A stretch of 63,835 nucleotides of DNA, the filler included, from Octopus bimaculoides (taxonomy: Eukaryota): the NCBI RefSeq assembly GCF_001194135.2. It is 6 parts of 4 records of this genome, joined end to end, with 100 filler letters (N's around TTAATTAATTAA, not from the genome) between each part and the next. Parts side by side here need not be neighbours in the genome. Positions count along the whole stretch, not along the records: positions 1 to 30,505 come from NC_068982.1; 5 more parts are not named here. One strand, written 5' to 3'. Shown piece after piece: positions 12,789 to 24,894 of this stretch. The notes under the pieces were generated by a model. That model ran no database searches, was not told the DNA's origin, and saw only the letters and a program-made list of their open reading frames with translations. The position numbers and the translations under genes are program-made. The first letter of the stretch is position 1, and every line of letters begins with the position of its first letter.

Positions 12789-12820
<32 letters not shown>

Positions 12821-12905
12821 CTTCTTGTTGTTGTTCTTGTTGTTATTGTTAGTATTGTGTGTCTGTGTATGTTCGTATGTGTGTGCACGTATAATGCATA
12901 GGTTA

Positions 12906-12989
<84 letters not shown>

Positions 12990-13479
12990 GTGTGTGTGTG
13001 TGTTTGTGTGTGTATGTATATATGTATATATAGTATTCAATTTGTGCTTTATGTATGTGTCTATGCGTGGAATCTGGTGTTGAATAGTTTTCTGATCTAC
13101 AGAGGAAATATTTATTATCATACCTATATATCTACATGTATATGCATATAGTATATGAATATTTTATGCGTGTACTAACCTATATAAGTTTGCACGTGTG
13201 TGTGTGTGTATGTGTGTGTGCCTGTCTGTCTGTCTGTGTCTGCCTGTGTTTGTGCACGCAAGTAATATACACACACAAGTTTATAGATATATATATATAC
13301 ATTTATATATATACATATGAATATGTATATACATATATGTACATATATATGTATGTATGAATACATATGCATGCACACACACACACACGCAAACACACAC
13401 GTACGCACACAAAGAGACACACATACCTCATTTTCTTACTCTCTCCTGTCCTAGAAAGAACATTTCTTCACCCATTCCA

Positions 13480-13720
13480 TTCCGGTCATTTCAAAATGTA
13501 ACCACATGTGGACCGTTGGCAATATTCTTCCTCCGTCTTCCTTTTCTCTTGCACTTTCCTCCGTCTTCTGTTTCTGATGAAGAGCATCGCTCGAAACGTA
13601 AAACTAACTTTCCTTCCTTTCCTGAAAGTCTGCTAATACTGTGCATGTACCTCGTCCTCGCGTTCTTGCTTTCTTCTTGTGTATTTATTTGTTTTCTTCG
13701 TATTAACTGTATATATATAT
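13480..13720 (+). mobile_element. Short Penelope-type terminal-repeat fragment with hammerhead, ending in (TA)n
   Basis: Layout is pyrimidine-rich 5' flank, HHR, tttcc...ctaatac...cctcgcgt, then (TA)n. The same layout occurs at 23940-24110 and 48147-48330. Confidence 0.6.
13570..13604 (+). ncRNA. Minimal type I hammerhead ribozyme motif, intact
   Basis: GUUU-CUGAUGA-A-GAGC-auc-GCUC-GAAA-CG-UA-AAAC. Helix I GUUU/AAAC and helix II GAGC/GCUC are both perfect, the core is complete, and the GUA triplet predicts cleavage after 13600. Confidence 0.8.
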
Positions 13721-14061
13721 ATATATAATAGAAATATTTTACAAAAACAAAATAGAAACTACACGTGAAAATGTAAGGGGAAAGTAAGCAGAAAAATAAG
13801 CGAACGTGCACATTGGAAATCAAAAACAGTTAAGGCTTTTTATGAAAAGTAACGATAGATATATACAATTAAATGAACTGAGGTAGGAATAATGGTAATA
13901 AAAGTCATTATTGTGAGTTGCTAAAAAGATTTAAAAGCATACCGGTTTCGTAATATTACTAATCATTGCTTTGAATATATCTATATATTGATAGAAAGGA
14001 GAACAAAAGAAAGGAAGAGACCTCGATATTACGTAAGTAGAGGAATCTATCTGTCTATCTG

Positions 14062-14098
<37 letters not shown>

Positions 14099-14134
14099 AG
14101 GTCTGTGTGTCTCTGTTTGTCCCCCAACATCGCT

Positions 14135-14248
14135 CGACAATCCCACTGCGTGGCAACTTGGGCAAGTGTCTTCTACTATAGCCTTGGGCCAACCAAACCC
14201 TTGTGAGTGGATATGGTAGACGGAAACTGAAAAAAGCGTGCCATATAT
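14135..14248 (+). mobile_element. SINE family A 3' part (preceded by a family B fragment at 14060-14135)
   Basis: cccactgcgtggcaacttgggcaagtgtcttctactatagcc...ggtagacggaaactgaaa. Confidence 0.8.
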
Positions 14249-15081
14249 ANNNNNNNNNNNNNNNNNNNNNNNNNNNNNNNNNNNNNNNNNNNNNNNNNNN
14301 NNNNNNNNNNNNNNNNNNNNNNNNNNNNNNNNNNNNNNNNNNNNNNNNNNNNNNNNNNNNNNNNNNNNNNNNNNNNNNNNNNNNNNNNNNNNNNNNNNNN
14401 NNNNNNNNNNNNNNNNNNNNNNNNNNNNNNNNNNNNNNNNNNNNNNNNNNNNNNNNNNNNNNNNNNNNNNNNNNNNNNNNNNNNNNNNNNNNNNNNNNNN
14501 NNNNNNNNNNNNNNNNNNNNNNNNNNNNNNNNNNNNNNNNNNNNNNNNNNNNNNNNNNNNNNNNNNNNNNNNNNNNNNNNNNNNNNNNNNNNNNNNNNNN
14601 NNNNNNNNNNNNNNNNNNNNNNNNNNNNNNNNNNNNNNNNNNNNNNNNNNNNNNNNNNNNNNNNNNNNNNNNNNNNNNNNNNNNNNNNNNNNNNNNNNNN
14701 NNNNNNNNNNNNNNNNNNNNNNNNNNNNNNNNNNNNNNNNNNNNNNNNNNNNNNNNNNNNNNNNNNNNNNNNNNNNNNNNNNNNNNNNNNNNNNNNNNNN
14801 NNNNNNNNNNNNNNNNNNNNNNNNNNNNNNNNNNNNNNNNNNNNNNNNNNNNNNNNNNNNNNNNNNNNNNNNNNNNNNNNNNNNNNNNNNNNNNNNNNNN
14901 NNNNNNNNNNNNNNNNNNNNNNNNNNNNNNNNNNNNNNNNNNNNNNNNNNNNNNNNNNNNNNNNNNNNNNNNNNNNNNNNNNNNNNNNNNNNNNNNNNNN
15001 NNNNNNNNNNNNNNNNNNNNNNNNNNNNNNNNNNNNNNNNNNNNNNNNNNNNNNNNNNNNNNNNNNNNNNNNNNNNNNNNN

Positions 15082-15262
15082 GTCTCCCCCCCACCGACCT
15101 TCACTTGACAACCGATCTAGGTTTGTTTACGTCCCCATAACTTAGCCGTTCGGGATAAGAAACCGATAGAATAAGTACCAGGCTTACAGAGGATAAGTGC
15201 AGGGGTTGATTTCTTCGACTAAAAGGCGATACTCCAGCATGGCCACAGTCAAAATGACTGAA
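15082..15262. mobile_element. SINE family B copy (opposite orientation to 10705)
   Basis: Reverse complement of the family B blocks. Confidence 0.8.
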
Positions 15263-15309
15263 AAATGTCTGAGTAAAAGCGTAATGTATACACGCACAAA
15301 CACGTTCAA

Positions 15310-15359
<50 letters not shown>

Positions 15360-16040
15360 AATTGGCGTACTTTCTGACGTACGCTTGGATTCCCCAGTCA
15401 TGCACAGAATGGGTGATGAAGGTGGTATAGCAAAATGTAGGGTGTTAGAAGATGAGCTAATAAGATCGTAATGATAGACGAATAATAAAGAGAATTAAGG
15501 TGGGTCGTGATAGACACAGACACACTTGCACGTACACTTAGGCATACCTACATATACTCATACATAGATGCAGAAACAATGAAATATGACTGAGAAAAAT
15601 TAAGTAAATGAAAATGAAGGTGCTTAGTCTAAGTAGCAGCTTACCGCTCTCTAGTACACAATACGCAGTGAATTTCCACTTCCATGGGCCCTTCCCAATA
15701 TTGACAATCTCAAAGAATACGCAACATTTCTATCATCTAAGATATGAATTTCTCCAGCAAGGGAGGTTCGGAAACTAAATCTAGGGTTAAAGATAGAATG
15801 CCTATTCATCGAGATGTGCTACTCCTTGAGGTTCATAACTGCTCCTATATATATGAGAAAATACACGAAAATACAAGAAAATTCAGAAAAATCAGTTAAT
15901 TGTGATTTTATTCAGCAGATTCCCCTCTGAGATTTACACACTTATTGCAGTGGTCCTTCAGTTTTTCTGAGCTCTTTAAAAGAACTCGAAACGTCGGGCC
16001 TCAAGCCAGGTCTTACATGATAGCCTTAAAGCCAGAAAGT

Positions 16041-16415
16041 GGAGGCGCAACGGCCCAGTGGTTAGGGCAGCGGATTTGCGGTCGTACGATCGCGGTTTCG
16101 ATTCCCAGGCCGGGCGTTGTGAGCGTTTATTGAGCGAAAACACTTAAAGCTCCCCGAGGATCCGGCAGAAGGTGGTGGCGAACCCTGCTGTACTCTTTCG
16201 CCACAACTTTCACTCTTTCTTTCTATTTCTGTTGTACCTGTATTTCAAAGGGCCAGCCTTTTCACACTCTGTGTCAAGCTGAATCTCCCCGAGAACTACG
16301 TTAAGGGTACACGTGTCTGTGGAGTGCTCAGCCACTTGCACGTTAATTTCACGAGCAGGCTGTTCCTTTGACCGGATCACCTGGAACCCTTGTCGTCGCA
16401 ACCGACGGAGTGCCA
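16041..16415 (+). mobile_element. tRNA-derived SINE (family D), near full length
   Basis: A-box-like GGCCCAGTGGTTAGG and B-box-like GGTTTCGATTCCC in the head, followed by about 300 nt of body. Confidence 0.75.
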
Positions 16416-17414
16416 CGACTTTTACATACTATCAGGAACACATAAGGCACATGCATACACACATATGCACAGAGACGACATGCAAATGTCTCAGATAACG
16501 ATATATATAACAAACAAAACGCTTTTGCATACGTTATTTATCAGATATTTACGTTTAAACTACATAAATCATACGAACACACACATAGATAGATAGATAG
16601 ATAGATAGATCTTATCTTAAGTGATAATTGCATGGAGGTTTGGCGGCGGGGAGGCCGACGCTGGAGCTCAATAAATGTCAAATACGTTTTTCTTTTTAAT
16701 AATTATTTCGCCTCTAGCAAAATAAATCCTTATTTTCAATAATACTGTTGTGTAATCTAGTCAACTGTGTTGATATACGGATTACATCAGCTGTCAACTC
16801 CTCTTGTAGCTAGTTCTATTTTGTTTTATTTATAGGCTTCTTCTGTAGTGTTTTTATTTTTCCTCATATCGTAGTGGTGGTAGTGGTAGTGGTAGTAGGA
16901 GGAATGTTGAAATGGTAGGTTATTGTTTATTTGTTTTAGTTGCTTAAGATCTTTTTATTTGGCGGTTCTGATAGTTGATACCTTCTCATTCTCCATATTC
17001 TTGAGTGGTTAAAAGTCAATTTTTGTTTCTTCTCCTTTTTATGTATTTATATTTATTTTGTCTTTGTTTTTTTTTGGTCTTGTTTATTTGCTTGTCTGCT
17101 TGTTTTTTTTTGTGTTTTTTAGGTTTTCTTTTTAGGTTTTTATTTGTTTACTATATCGATTCATGAAGGATCTACCTTACTGAGGTCCAAAGAATATCTA
17201 GAATAAAAGACATTAAATTTTGTATTTTTAGAGACAGATAGACGGATAGATTGCGGAAAAGGTAGAAGAGGAATGAAAAAAGAAGGGAGAAAAGAAAGAG
17301 AGAAAGAAGAGAAAGTAAGGGAAAGTGCTATCGTATACAGGAATTAACTTAAGGATCTTTCGAGAACAGGGCTAGTCACTAGCCTGGTCGGCATTTTATC
17401 ATTTTGGTCTTCTT

Positions 17415-18340
17415 CTAGTCAGGTGTCGCACTATGCGATGCTGTGGTCATCACGATGTCTTGCCACCTTCTCCTGTCCTCTACCCCATGGACAGCTGAGA
17501 ATAAAGACAATCCTGTGGCTGCGATGTCTTTCAGCCAAGAAGTGCGTAGCCTGCCTCGTTTACGTCTGCCGTTCACTTTGCCAGTTATGATCGTTCGCTC
17601 AAGTCCATCCCGGTGCATGACCTGGCCAAAGAACCGTAGCTTCCGCTTCATGATGTTTCGCCTAAGCGTCATCTCGCAACCGAGCTTTTCTAGTATCCAG
17701 TTGTTCGTCCTTCTCTCCGTCCACGACACTCTCAGGATTATTCTGCGGTAACACTACATTTCAAAAGCGTTCACTCATTTCTCGTCTGCCTTCAACATTG
17801 TCCACGACTCGCAGCCATACATCGCAATAGAGAAAGCGGCAGCCCGAAGTAGCCATATCTTCAGCAGCATTGACACGCCACGACTCTTCCAGATATTCTC
17901 CATATCTTGTACCGCTTGCCTTGCTATCACGAGCCTTGTCCTTATCTCTGGTCTGCTTGATCCACTGGTGCTGATTGTGGATCCCAAGTATACAAAATCA
18001 TCCACTTCCTGAATCATCTCTCCGTCTACGGTGAAGTCACCATGGTCTGTCCTGTATTTATTCACCACCAAGATCTTTGTCTTCATTACATTCTGGAATA
18101 AGTCGCTCTGTGCACTCATGTTTTTCACTTTGCGTATCATCTGCAGCAACTCGTCTTTGCTGTTACTTATGAGGGTTGTGTCATCGGCGTATCTCAGATT
18201 GCACAGCCTTTCTCTGCCAATCTGCACACCACCATCGTAGTTCTCCTTCACCGCTCTTATGATGTTTTCTGCATAGATGTTGTATAGATATGGAGACAGA
18301 ACACATCCCTGTCGGATGGTATTCCGGTATATAAAGTACT
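17415..18340 (-). mobile_element. RTE (BovB-like) LINE 3' fragment, reverse transcriptase
   Basis: PYLYNIYAENIIRAVKENYDGGVQIGRERLCNLRYADDTTL...DFVYLGS...AMYGCESWT, plus the C-terminal LRFFGQVMHR...GRRKRGR..SWLKDI. Has an internal stop or frameshift and a short AGA tail. The 5' side runs toward a gap. Confidence 0.92.
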
Positions 18341-18677
18341 CACCAGAGAAGTATTGAAGCCTATTTTCTCCTCACCCATCTCCCCCTCTCTCCTTCTNNN
18401 NNNNNNNNNNNNNNNNNNNNNNNNNNNNNNNNNNNNNNNNNNNNNNNNNNNNNNNNNNNNNNNNNNNNNNNNNNNNNNNNNNNNNNNNNNNNNNNNNNNN
18501 NNNNNNNNNNNNNNNNNNNNNNNNNNNNNNNNNNNNNNNNNNNNNNNNNNNNNNNNNNNNNNNNNNNNNNNNNNNNNNNNNNNNNNNNNNNNNNNNNNNN
18601 NNNNNNNNNNNNNNNNNNNNNNNNNNNNNNNNNNNNNNNNNNNNNNNNNNNNNNNNNNNNNNNNNNNNNNNNNNNNN

Positions 18678-18708
<31 letters not shown>

Positions 18709-19122
18709 CATCTCTCGATCTGTGAATACGCTACATGAATGAGCTAAGAAACGAATGTTCATACTTCTACCCCAAAGTCATGGACACACGGAAGAAAGAA
18801 ACGAGAGAGTTGCTAATATAATTTTTCTTGATTCGCAAAGTCTCGCGATTGAAACTGCGTTCATACCCATGACTAACGAGGGTAACGTTCTTCACGTTTG
18901 TTAATGAAACAAAAGAGTTTCAACAGGCAAGGCTGAGTGGATCAATAAAACCTATTTAAATTGCTGTCAGATTGTATCGGTTATTCAGAGGTAGAAATTT
19001 TATCCGTTACATGATTTAACAACGTCACCAAAAACAGGTCCTTATTTTGTTTTAGAAGATAGTATATTTTTGTGGGTATCATTGTGAAACCACTCGTCTA
19101 GGGATATCTTTCTCATATCCAC

Positions 19123-19837
19123 TCACCGGTCCATGAACCCCGTAAAAGCTTCTTTATCTTTGCAATCTTTCATCCTGATCAAGCTTGACCTTCTTACTTC
19201 TAGTAATAGCGGTTCTGTGGCATTTGTTACATAACATGCTATGTTGTTTTCTAATGCTGTGTTCGCATCCAATAAGTCCTCTTCCTCCTCTGGGTGGAGT
19301 GACCCATATCTAGTTAGCAACTTCGTTATCTTTCTGTCTAAGCTGTTTAGTTCGTCTACTGCCCATGCGATTACTCCTGCTCCATATCTAAGGAGTGAAA
19401 CTGCCCAGGTGTTAGTAGCTTTGATCTTATTCCGTCCGTTTAATTTCGACATAAGGATCAGTCTCAGTCTGCGTAAGTACTCCACCTTAAATTTTTCTGT
19501 CATTTCTTTTTCCGTCAATTTATCGATTTCCAAAATCCCCAAGTACTTATAGCCCGTCTCTCCTATTTGCTTCATAACCTCCCCGATAGTATCGTTAGAC
19601 CGTCCATACATTTGCTTTTGTCTCTCTTCAAGGCTAACACACCACACTTTCTCAGTCCGAACTCCATTCTGATATCAGTACCGAAGGTATACACCGAATC
19701 AACGAGGGAACTGACTTGGGCTTCATCTTTACCATAATGTTTAAGGTCATCCATGAATAACAAATGGCTGACTTTTTGTTGGCGGCTTTTGAATATACAC
19801 CCAGCTTTTGCTTTCCTCAGAATCAGTGTCAGCGGTA
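19123..19837 (-). mobile_element. R4/Dong-type (RLE-class) non-LTR retrotransposon RT fragment
   Basis: IPLTLILRKAKAG...KVSHLLFMDDLKHYGKDE...EFGLRKC, YKYLGILE and LNGRNKIKATNTWAVSLLRYGAG. Frameshifted, and the 5' junction abuts a (TAA)n array. Confidence 0.88.
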
Positions 19838-19846
19838 TTATTATTA

Positions 19847-19903
<57 letters not shown>

Positions 19904-20587
19904 NNNNNNNNNNNNNNNNNNNNNNNNNNNNNNNNNNNNNNNNNNNNNNNNNNNNNNNNNNNNNNNNNNNNNNNNNNNNNNNNNNNNNNNNNNNNNNNNN
20001 NNNNNNNNNNNNNNNNNNNNNNNNNNNNNNNNNNNNNNNNNNNNNNNNNNNNNNNNNNNNNNNNNNNNNNNNNNNNNNNNNNNNNNNNNNNNNNNNNNNN
20101 NNNNNNNNNNNNNNNNNNNNNNNNNNNNNNNNNNNNNNNNNNNNNNNNNNNNNNNNNNNNNNNNNNNNNNNNNNNNNNNNNNNNNNNNNNNNNNNNNNNN
20201 NNNNNNNNNNNNNNNNNNNNNNNNNNNNNNNNNNNNNNNNNNNNNNNNNNNNNNNNNNNNNNNNNNNNNNNNNNNNNNNNNNNNNNNNNNNNNNNNNNNN
20301 NNNNNNNNNNNNNNNNNNNNNNNNNNNNNNNNNNNNNNNNNNNNNNNNNNNNNNNNNNNNNNNNNNNNNNNNNNNNNNNNNNNNNNNNNNNNNNNNNNNN
20401 NNNNNNNNNNNNNNNNNNNNNNNNNNNNNNNNNNNNNNNNNNNNNNNNNNNNNNNNNNNNNNNNNNNNNNNNNNNNNNNNNNNNNNNNNNNNNNNNNNNN
20501 NNNNNNNNNNNNNNNNNNNNNNNNNNNNNNNNNNNNNNNNNNNNNNNNNNNNNNNNNNNNNNNNNNNNNNNNNNNNNNNNNNNNNNN

Positions 20588-20622
<35 letters not shown>

Positions 20623-21466
20623 TCTCTCTCTCCCCCTCTCTCTCCCTCTCTCTCTCTCTTACTCTTTCTCCCATGTGTTCCCTCTCTTACTAACTCTCCC
20701 CTCTCTCTTTCTTTCTCCCGAGATCAACAATAAGCAGCAGCAACTGTGGTCACCGGTCAAGTAGCCAGGGTTCTTAATTGTTATTTGTCAAGAGGCCCCA
20801 TGGATTGTTATACACTTAATTCAGAGTTGACTTTGCTGTTATTATTGTTCTTGGTATCCTTATTGTTGTTCTTGATGATGTTGTTGTTGTCACTGCTATA
20901 GTTACTACTGCTGTTTGCAATATCATAGAACATCCAGCATAGAGCCATCTAATACACAGAATCCCTTGTGAACTTGTCTTTGAACAATTAGTGTTATACA
21001 GAACTAAGTGTTTTACAAATTTCAGTATTTATTTTATATCCTTATGTGTAAACAATAGCGTGGTCGGCGTTAGTTTACCAACGAGGCAATCACCTGGTTC
21101 ATTGCGTTTCTAACGGTGAGATTGACAAGGGAGAGTTACGGCTTCTCGAGGGACTTCGTGTGGAATGCACCGTTTTATTCTTTCCTTTCTTTTTTTTTAT
21201 GCGTTTATGATTGATTTTTGTTTCTCTTCCTCAAATATTGACATCTTGTCCGATATACATCAGTGGAAATATATATTTACACGTACACGCAAGTGCACAC
21301 AGAGGCATGTACACACCTACATACGCAGATGCATGCACACACACATTCACAGACACACAGGTGCATGAATATAAACACATTTGCAACATACAACACGTAA
21401 GCATATTAGCGTATGCATGAATCCGTGTTCTTGATTTTTTTGTTTAATTAGAACGGCAAAAATCCA

Positions 21467-21615
21467 GGAGTGGCTGTGTGGTAAGTAGCTTGCTTACCAA
21501 CCACATGGTTTCGGGTTCAGTCCCACTGCATAGCAACTTCTGCAAATGTCTTCTGCTATAGTCTCGGGCCAACCGAAGCCTTGTGGGTGGATTTGGTAGA
21601 CGGAAACTGAAAGAA
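21467..21615 (+). mobile_element. SINE family A copy
   Basis: Full match to the family A layout. Confidence 0.85.
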
Positions 21616-21709
21616 AAATTTCAATTCACCATACAAAAAGGCAGCGAGCTGGCAGAAACGTTAGCACGCCGGGTGAAATGCTTAGCGGTATTTCGTCTGC
21701 CGTTACGTA

Positions 21710-21747
21710 CATAAATACATACATACTTCCATACATACACACATACA

Positions 21748-21780
<33 letters not shown>

Positions 21781-21821
21781 NNNNNNNNNNACTTCCATAC
21801 ATACACACATACATACATACA

Positions 21822-21855
<34 letters not shown>

Positions 21856-21990
21856 CATACATACATACTTACATACATACATACATACTTCCATACATAC
21901 ATATATACATACATACATGCATACATACATACATACATACATACATACATACATACATACATACATACATACATACATACATACATGCAT
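21710..21990. repeat. (TACA)n tetranucleotide array
   Basis: Directly visible. Confidence 0.95.
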
Positions 21991-21991
21991 A

Positions 21992-23217
21992 TAACGGGTC
22001 ATTAAGAATGAAATGTCCCAGTTTCTTATGCACCAAGTTTGACAGTCATTAACTCTAATGTTTTATCCTGACAATTCTTTGCTTTTCAACACTGAAGAGC
22101 AACACTACCACTTTTTGAAACGCAGTTCATGGTGTCTGATTATATTGTGAGTTTTCTCTTGTAAATCAATTTTTGTGAACCCTTGGATAGATCAAACATT
22201 CGTGTTGTTTATAAATATGAGTTCCGTCGAGACATTCGTTAGGTGTTTGGTGAAGATGTGGGGGAATGAGCGCACTGTACATCGATGATTTGAGAAGTTC
22301 CGGTCTGTTGACTTTACTCTTGAAAATCAGCCCTGTGGTATACTTGAGGACCAAGGTGGATAATGATGAGCTGGAAACTGTAGTGGAAGCAGACACATCT
22401 CAAACTACGCGAGAGTTAGCAGCAAGGTTTGATGTTTCGATACCAACTGTATTGACAATCTGAAACAAATCGGCAAGGTAAAGAAGCCGGACAAGTGCGG
22501 ACCACACGAACTGAACGAGCGTCAAATGACACGTGGTCTTGAAACGTGCTGTTCTTTGCTGTCACGGCATAAAAGCGAACCATTCTAGCATCGTATTGTT
22601 ATGTGTGATGAAAAATGAATTCTTTTCAACAAGAGAAAGCGTTCTGCTCGGTGGTTGGATAGAGACGAAGTGCCAACACACAATCCCAAAAGAAAAAAGA
22701 AAAATGTTTATCAAAAAAGTTAATGGTGTCTGTTTGGTTGTCCAGCGCTGGTGTCATCCACTACAGCTTCATGAGACCTGGTAAGTCAATTACATCGGTT
22801 ATATACACCAGCCAGCTGGATGAAATGATGAATGCTGATGCAATTAAACAACCGAGATTGGTCAATAGAGATAGGTCAATTCTCTTGCAAGACAATGCTC
22901 GATTACATGTTGCACAAAGAACACTATCCATGTTACAGGAACTTAACTTAGAAGTACGTTTTCCAGGCATTAGACAACTTTTTGCAAGGAAAGACTTCAA
23001 AACTGAAGAAGATGCAAAAACAGCCTTTTGTGATTTCATCACTTCTTGCTCTGCCGAATTCTTCGCTGCCGGCATAAATAAGCTACCGATAAAATGGCCA
23101 AATTGTGTTGATAATTTAAGTGAATACTTTGACTAACTGCGTTACATTTTGTTGAGATAAAGTAAAATAAAACTTTGAGTTCAAAATCGAACATTTTATT
23201 CTTAATGACCTAATGTA
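21992..23217 (+). mobile_element. Near full-length, decayed mariner element with both TIRs
   Basis: TIRs (TAACG)GGTCATTAAGAATGAAATGT and ACATTTTATTCTTAATGACC(TAATG), flanked by TA. Transposase remnants: DRSNIRVVYKYEF, VEADTSQTTRELAARF, IVMCDEK, WSSAGVIHY and LLQDNARLH. The YSPDL block is deleted, with multiple frameshifts. Confidence 0.92.
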
Positions 23218-23939
23218 TATATATNNNNNNNNNNNNNNNNNNNNNNNNNNNNNNNNNNNNNNNNNNNNNNNNNNNNNNNNNNNNNNNNNNNNNNNNNNNN
23301 NNNNNNNNNNNNNNNNNNNNNNNNNNNNNNNNNNNNNNNNNNNNNNNNNNNNNNNNNNNNNNNNNNNNNNNNNNNNNNNNNNNNNNNNNNNNNNNNNNNN
23401 NNNNNNNNNNNNNNNNNNNNNNNNNNNNNNNNNNNNNNNNNNNNNNNNNNNNNNNNNNNNNNNNNNNNNNNNNNNNNNNNNNNNNNNNNNNNNNNNNNNN
23501 NNNNNNNNNNNNNNNNNNNNNNNNNNNNNNNNNNNNNNNNNNNNNNNNNNNNNNNNNNNNNNNNNNNNNNNNNNNNNNNNNNNNNNNNNNNNNNNNNNNN
23601 NNNNNNNNNNNNNNNNNNNNNNNNNNNNNNNNNNNNNNNNNNNNNNNNNNNNNNNNNNNNNNNNNNNNNNNNNNNNNNNNNNNNNNNNNNNNNNNNNNNN
23701 NNNNNNNNNNNNNNNNNNNNNNNNNNNNNNNNNNNNNNNNNNNNNNNNNNNNNNNNNNNNNNNNNNNNNNNNNNNNNNNNNNNNNNNNNNNNNNNNNNNN
23801 NNNNNNNNNNNNNNNNNNNNNNNNNNNNNNNNNNNNNNNNNNNNNNNNNNNNNNNNNNNNNNNNNNNNNNNNNNNNNNNNNNNNNNNNNNNNNNNNNNNN
23901 NNNNNNNNNNNNNNNNNNNNNNNNNNNNNNNNNNNNNNN

Positions 23940-24110
23940 TGTACAAATGCGAAAAAACAACACGCGGACGTGGAATAAGTACAGTGTTATTGGACGCTCA
24001 AGAAAGGAAAGAAAAGAAAGAGGATTTAACGTTTCGGTCGGAGATCTTCGTCAGAAATATAGGAAAAGTCAAAAGAAGGGAATACAGAGAAAGAATATAT
24101 ATATATGGAT
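23940..24110 (-). mobile_element. Short Penelope-type terminal-repeat fragment with hammerhead
   Basis: The HHR is followed on the minus strand by tttcc..gagcgtccaataacac..ccgcgt, homologous in layout to the 13480-13720 copy. Confidence 0.55.
24024..24058 (-). ncRNA. Minimal type I hammerhead ribozyme motif
   Basis: Minus strand reads AUUU-CUGACGA-A-GAUC-ucc-GACC-GAAA-CG-UU-AAAU. Helix I is perfect, there is one A-C mismatch in helix II, and the core is complete. Confidence 0.65.
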
Positions 24111-24712
24111 TCTTAAAGTATCTACGAGAGATAAGCATACTGTTTTTCAAACAAATAAATGTGTGTTCTGGATCTAGCAAGTAAGTGGTAGGAATATGGT
24201 TCATTCAACGGCTGTCTTTAGTTTTCTTCTAAGTTTACTCATAATGCTTGTGTGACCTCGAGGCTACAGAAATCCATATTTAATGCTTATATATAAAAAG
24301 AAATGTCTTCGTGTGTCGGCATACAATGATACATAAACACATTTACATGGCGTACGCGCATACACATGTAAGCATACGTACTCTTTTCTGCGTACGCATA
24401 TATATATAGGGCGCATAGAAACTGCCACTTTCCATGGAGAAACAAAGGAAATGGAGGAAATTTTTCCTTAATTTTTTCTCTTTGTTCGATCGTTTGTGCC
24501 TATTTACGTCCACATACAAGTGTTCGTGTATGTGTGCGTGCGCGTGGAAGAATTTATGCCCACGCACATATACATAGATGCGCACGCGAAGTTATATACC
24601 GTTATTGAACGACATACGGCAATGTGCCAAATGTGTTCACGGTGATATGATAATAATATAACATCTGAGCGTATGTGCTTGCATCGGTCCACACACGCAC
24701 ACATATTAAAAT

Positions 24713-24762
<50 letters not shown>

Positions 24763-24799
24763 TGACAGACTTATATATATGCACACACACACATATATC

Positions 24800-24850
<51 letters not shown>

Positions 24851-24860
24851 TGAAAGTGTA

Positions 24861-24894
<34 letters not shown>

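Noticed and set aside
16041-16110. Possible tRNA gene (also 51931 and 54400)
   Set aside because: A and B boxes are present but the acceptor stem does not close and the sequence continues into a SINE body. These are SINE heads, not tRNAs.
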